The notes under the pieces are model-generated. The model did not search any database and had not been told where the DNA came from. It saw only the letters and a program-made list of their open reading frames with translations. The translations under genes and the position numbers were made by a program. This document shows positions 60,973 to 64,000 of a stretch of 64,000 nt of DNA, one piece after another (within the stretch, counting starts at the first letter, position 1; every line of letters begins with the position of its first letter). The DNA comes from an uncultured Alphaproteobacteria bacterium. GTDB taxonomy: Bacteria > Pseudomonadota > Alphaproteobacteria > Rhizobiales > Rhodomicrobiaceae. Location of the stretch: contig CAWIAL010000019.1 of assembly GCA_963834165.1 (NCBI GenBank), forward strand, positions 12,215 to 76,214, read 5' to 3'.

Positions 60973-62299
60973 TTACTCCAATCTTAACGTGAGCCGGGCG
61001 GCGAAGAATCCGTCAATGCCGCCGGCGTGGAATGGGAGCGTTCTCACCATCCCGGCGCCGGTGATCGCTTCCGGCGGAACGCGAAGCTCATCGGCATGAA
61101 CGGGCACGAGCATCACATCGCTGCGAGCGGCGAGCAGCGCCTCAATCTGCGCTTCGCACTCCTCGGGTTCGAGCGAGCATGTGCTGTAGACGAGCCTGCC
61201 GCCCGGCTTCAGAAGGCTCAGCGCGTGATTGAGAAGCCTGCCCTGAACTGCGGCGAGGGCGGCGACATCGGCTTCGGACTTGAGATAGGCAATGTCAGGG
61301 TTGCGGCGGATCGTGCCCGTGGCCGAGCACGGCGCATCGAGCAGGACGGCGTCGAAAGGCTCGGGCGGGGTCCATTCGCTCACATTCGCCTGCACGATTT
61401 CGGCTTCGAGGTTGAGCCGCGCGAGATTCTCCTGCAGACGGCGCAATCGCGAGGCGGAAATGTCCACAGCAGTGACATGCGCGCCGCGAGCCGCAAGCTG
61501 CGCCGTCTTCCCGCCGGGCGCGGCGCAAAGATCCGCAACGCGAAGGCCGGTCACATCGCGCAGCAGCAGCGCGGGCAAGGCGGCAGCAGCGTCCTGCACC
61601 CACCAAGCGCCCTCAGCGTATCCATCGATGTCCTCGATGCGGCCCCTGGCGGAAAGGCGGACCGTGCCCCACGGCAAAAGCGAGCCGGCCAGCCGCGCCG
61701 CCCACGCCGCGGCATTCGCTTTCACGATGAAATCCAGCGTGGGCTCTTCGAGATGGGACCCTGCGATCTCGCGCGCGCTCTCCTCGCCATAGTGGCGAGC
61801 CCAGCGCTGCCAAAGCCAACCCGGTGTATTGAGCTTGCCCGCGTCCTGCTCAGCGAGGATCGCCTTTTTTTGTCCGCTCACGCGCCGCAGCACGGCGTTG
61901 ATCAGCCCGCCAAGGTGGCGAGCGGCGCGCGTTCGCTTCGCCTGCTCCACCGCAAGACCGATCGCGGCATGGGGCGCGACATCCATGAAAGCGAGCTGTG
62001 CGGCCCCGGCAATCAGGATGAAGCGCGCCTCGAAGGCGTCGGCAGGCAGCGGTTTTTCGAGAAAACGGCCGAGCAGGTCTTCGATCTGGCCGAGCCTGCG
62101 CAGCGCTGCCGTTGCGATGGCGCGCGCGAAAGCGCGGTCGCGGAAGGCAAGGCTCGGAAAAGGCGGGCTTCGCGCTCGATGCAGCGAAGGCCTCGTCGAA
62201 GGGCTGCCTGTCGCGCAGAACCGCCTTCAGGAGATGAGAAGCGAGCTGCCGCGCTTGCAGGCCCGACGCTTCCTCTTGCGATTGCTTATGGGGGTTCAA
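60973..62299 (-). CDS. rsmB: 16S rRNA (cytosine967-C5)-methyltransferase RsmB/Sun family, frame interrupted by a 1-nt insertion near 62151
   Basis: N-terminal NusB-like part ..ARQLASHLLKAVLRDRQPFDEAF..KPAFSE is in one frame. The continuation LAFRDRAFARAIATAALRRLGQIEDLL..DLCAAPGGKT..LDAPCSATG.. is in the next frame. Confidence 0.8.
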
Positions 62300-62440
62300 A
62301 TGACGCCGCTTTCGTCGTCCCGTGCGCGGTGCGGCGCGAAGCGGTGCACTGCGGACACGGGATCGTTTAACTGATGTTACCCTTGAAGATCCCGTGTCTG
62401 CGCAGCGTCATTTCATGCCGCTGCGCGCACGCGATGACGA

Positions 62441-63417
62441 TCAACCCCAAGGCCCATGGCCGAGCGGGCGGCCGCCGTTTTGACGGCGGCCCCATGGCCC
62501 CGGCCCGGCGCTTCCATCGTCTTCGTCGAGCGGTACATTGATCGGGCCGCCGCTCGGCTGCTGGGTCTGGCCCATCTCGCGGGCCTGGGCGACAAGCGCC
62601 GCAATGCGGTTTTCCGTATTCGGGTGGGTGGAGAACAGATTGTCCATGCCGCCGCCGGTGAGTGGATTGATGATATAGAGCGGCGCGCTTGCGGGATGCA
62701 TCTCGGCTTGCTCGTTCGGGATTTGATGCGCCGCGCGGTCGATCTTGCCGAGCGCTGACGCGAGCCACAGCGGGCGCTGAACGATTTCCGCGCCATCGTG
62801 GTCGGCGACGTATTCGCGCGTGCGGCTGATCGCCATCTGGATTATAGCCGCGGCCAAGGGCGCCACGAAGATCGCAAGCAGGCTACTGATCATCCTCCGC
62901 CGCCGTTCTCGCCGTCGCGCCGTCCGCCGAAGAACATGCCGAAATTCGCGAGCATGGAAATCGCGCCCGCGATCGTGGCGGCAACCGTCATGGTCAGCGT
63001 GTCGCGATTTTTCACATGGGCGAGTTCATGGGCGAGCACGCCAGCAACCTCTTCCTTGCTCAGCATGCGCAGGAGACCGGCCGAGGCGGCGACAGCGGCA
63101 TTGTTCGGGTTGCGCCCCGTGGCGAAGGCATTCGGCTGCTCGGTGTGAATGACGTAGACGCGCGGCATGGGCAGGTTTGCATTCGCCGCCAGCTGACGCA
63201 CGATGGAGTAAAGCTCCGGCGCGCTCTTTTCATCCACTTCCTCCGCCCCTTGCTGGGACAGCACCATCCTGTCGGAGTTCCAATAGGCGAACAGGTTCGT
63301 GGCAGCGGCGATCACAAACGCGATTGTCATGCCGGTGCCTCCTCCGAGCGCATAGCCGATGGCCATGAAGAGCGCGGTCAGCACGGCGAGCAAGAGCATG
63401 GTGCGGAAGAAATTCAT
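62441..63417 (-). CDS. htpX: Zn-dependent protease HtpX (M48), frame interrupted near 62893
   Basis: [47 protein letters not shown] then TGA. The continuation [34 protein letters not shown] is in another frame, and the two ORFs overlap at 62890-62893. Confidence 0.85.
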
Positions 63418-63580
63418 GGCGCGTCCTGCCTTTTTATCTCGTTCCCTGTGAGGGAGCTTCTCAAAACAGAATTAATATTTCGGCGCTGGCGCGGGGGTGC
63501 GCAAGGCGGCGTTTCCCGCAAAAAAGCCGGAAACGCGAATGCGTTTCCGGCATGGGTCTTCATGCGTTGCGCGGCTGAAC

Positions 63581-64000
63581 TTAGCCCACGCTGGCCGGCA
63601 GAGCGATGAACCGCTGGTCGCCGTTCCGCTTCACAAGCGCAAGCGCGTTTTTCCGTCCGGCTTTGTTGGCGTCCGCAAGAGCGCGCCGCAAGTCGTCGGC
63701 GCGGTTCACGCTCTCATCGCCAACCTTGAGGATGATGTCGCCCTCGGCCAAGCCAGCCTCGGCCGCCTTGCCGCCGGGTTCTACCCCAACAACCGCAAGA
63801 CCGGCGCTGTCATCGGCGCTGATTTCGCTTGCAGGAGCCACGCGGATGCCGAGATCGGTCATCCCCGTCTTTGAATCCTTTTGCAAACTCGCGTGCTGCA
63901 CCGGCTTATCCGGCAGTTCGCCGATATTCAAAGTGATGGTCTTGCTTTGGCCGTTCCTGCTCAGAGTGATCTTTGCTTCAGAGCCGGGCGGCAGATCGGC
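63581..64000 (-). CDS. Do/DegP-family serine protease, C-terminal PDZ region (5' end outside window)
   Basis: The frame is open to the window edge. ..GLAVVGVEPGGKAAEAGLAEGDIILKVGDESV..ALALVKRNGDQRFIAL.. The track 'M' at 63931 is an internal TTG. Confidence 0.8.
   Translation of the reverse strand, partial: ADLPPGSEAKITLSRNGQSKTITLNIGELPDKPVQHASLQKDSKTGMTDLGIRVAPASEISADDSAGLAVVGVEPGGKAAEAGLAEGDIILKVGDESVNRADDLRRALADANKAGRKNALALVKRNGDQRFIALPASVG

Noticed and set aside
58742-62370. 533-aa (58742-60343) and 447-aa (61027-62370) plus-strand ORFs.
   Set aside because: Both run antisense to recognisable minus-strand genes (crotonase, a secreted hypothetical, rsmB) and have Arg-rich, low-information translations.

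Overview
GC-rich chromosomal segment, probably from an alphaproteobacterium of the Hyphomicrobiales/Rhizobiales type (HWE-type kinase, characteristic palindromic intergenic repeats). It is almost entirely housekeeping. Contents: a tightly packed ~10.5-kb pentose-phosphate/glycogen operon (Cof phosphatase, tal, ROK sugar kinase, pgi, gnd, pgl, tkt, debranching-type glucosidase) with rpe divergent from it; the alpha-2-macroglobulin/pbpC pair; opgD, katE, secA, an MltB-like transglycosylase, a ThiF/MoeB-family enzyme and a ~1200-aa HWE sensor kinase; the ychF-pth-rplY-prs block; pgeF, rsmB, htpX and a partial degP-family gene. I recognised no rRNA, tRNA, CRISPR array, transposase or integrase. 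Best candidate for something new: a low-GC two-gene module (494-4867, minus strand) encoding a twin-arginine-signal, atypical cytochrome P450-like protein immediately upstream of a polytopic-membrane patatin-like lipase. Second theme: many conserved genes are interrupted by single-base indels (ROK kinase, alpha-2-macroglobulin, secA, rsmB, htpX), one lipoprotein gene carries an in-frame TAA, and a receiver-domain gene overlapping the 3' end of the sensor kinase is readable only across three frames. Because essential secA is affected, consensus error is the leading explanation for most of these, but gene decay cannot be excluded from sequence alone. Other oddities: Pth with a ~260-aa Pro/Glu-rich tail, a 132-bp in-frame tandem repeat in a membrane-anchored hypothetical protein, repeated palindromic elements (one between yfhM and pbpC), and a low-GC acyltransferase whose ORF overlaps a convergent gene. 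All calls rest on reading the translations and sequence by eye; no database search was run.
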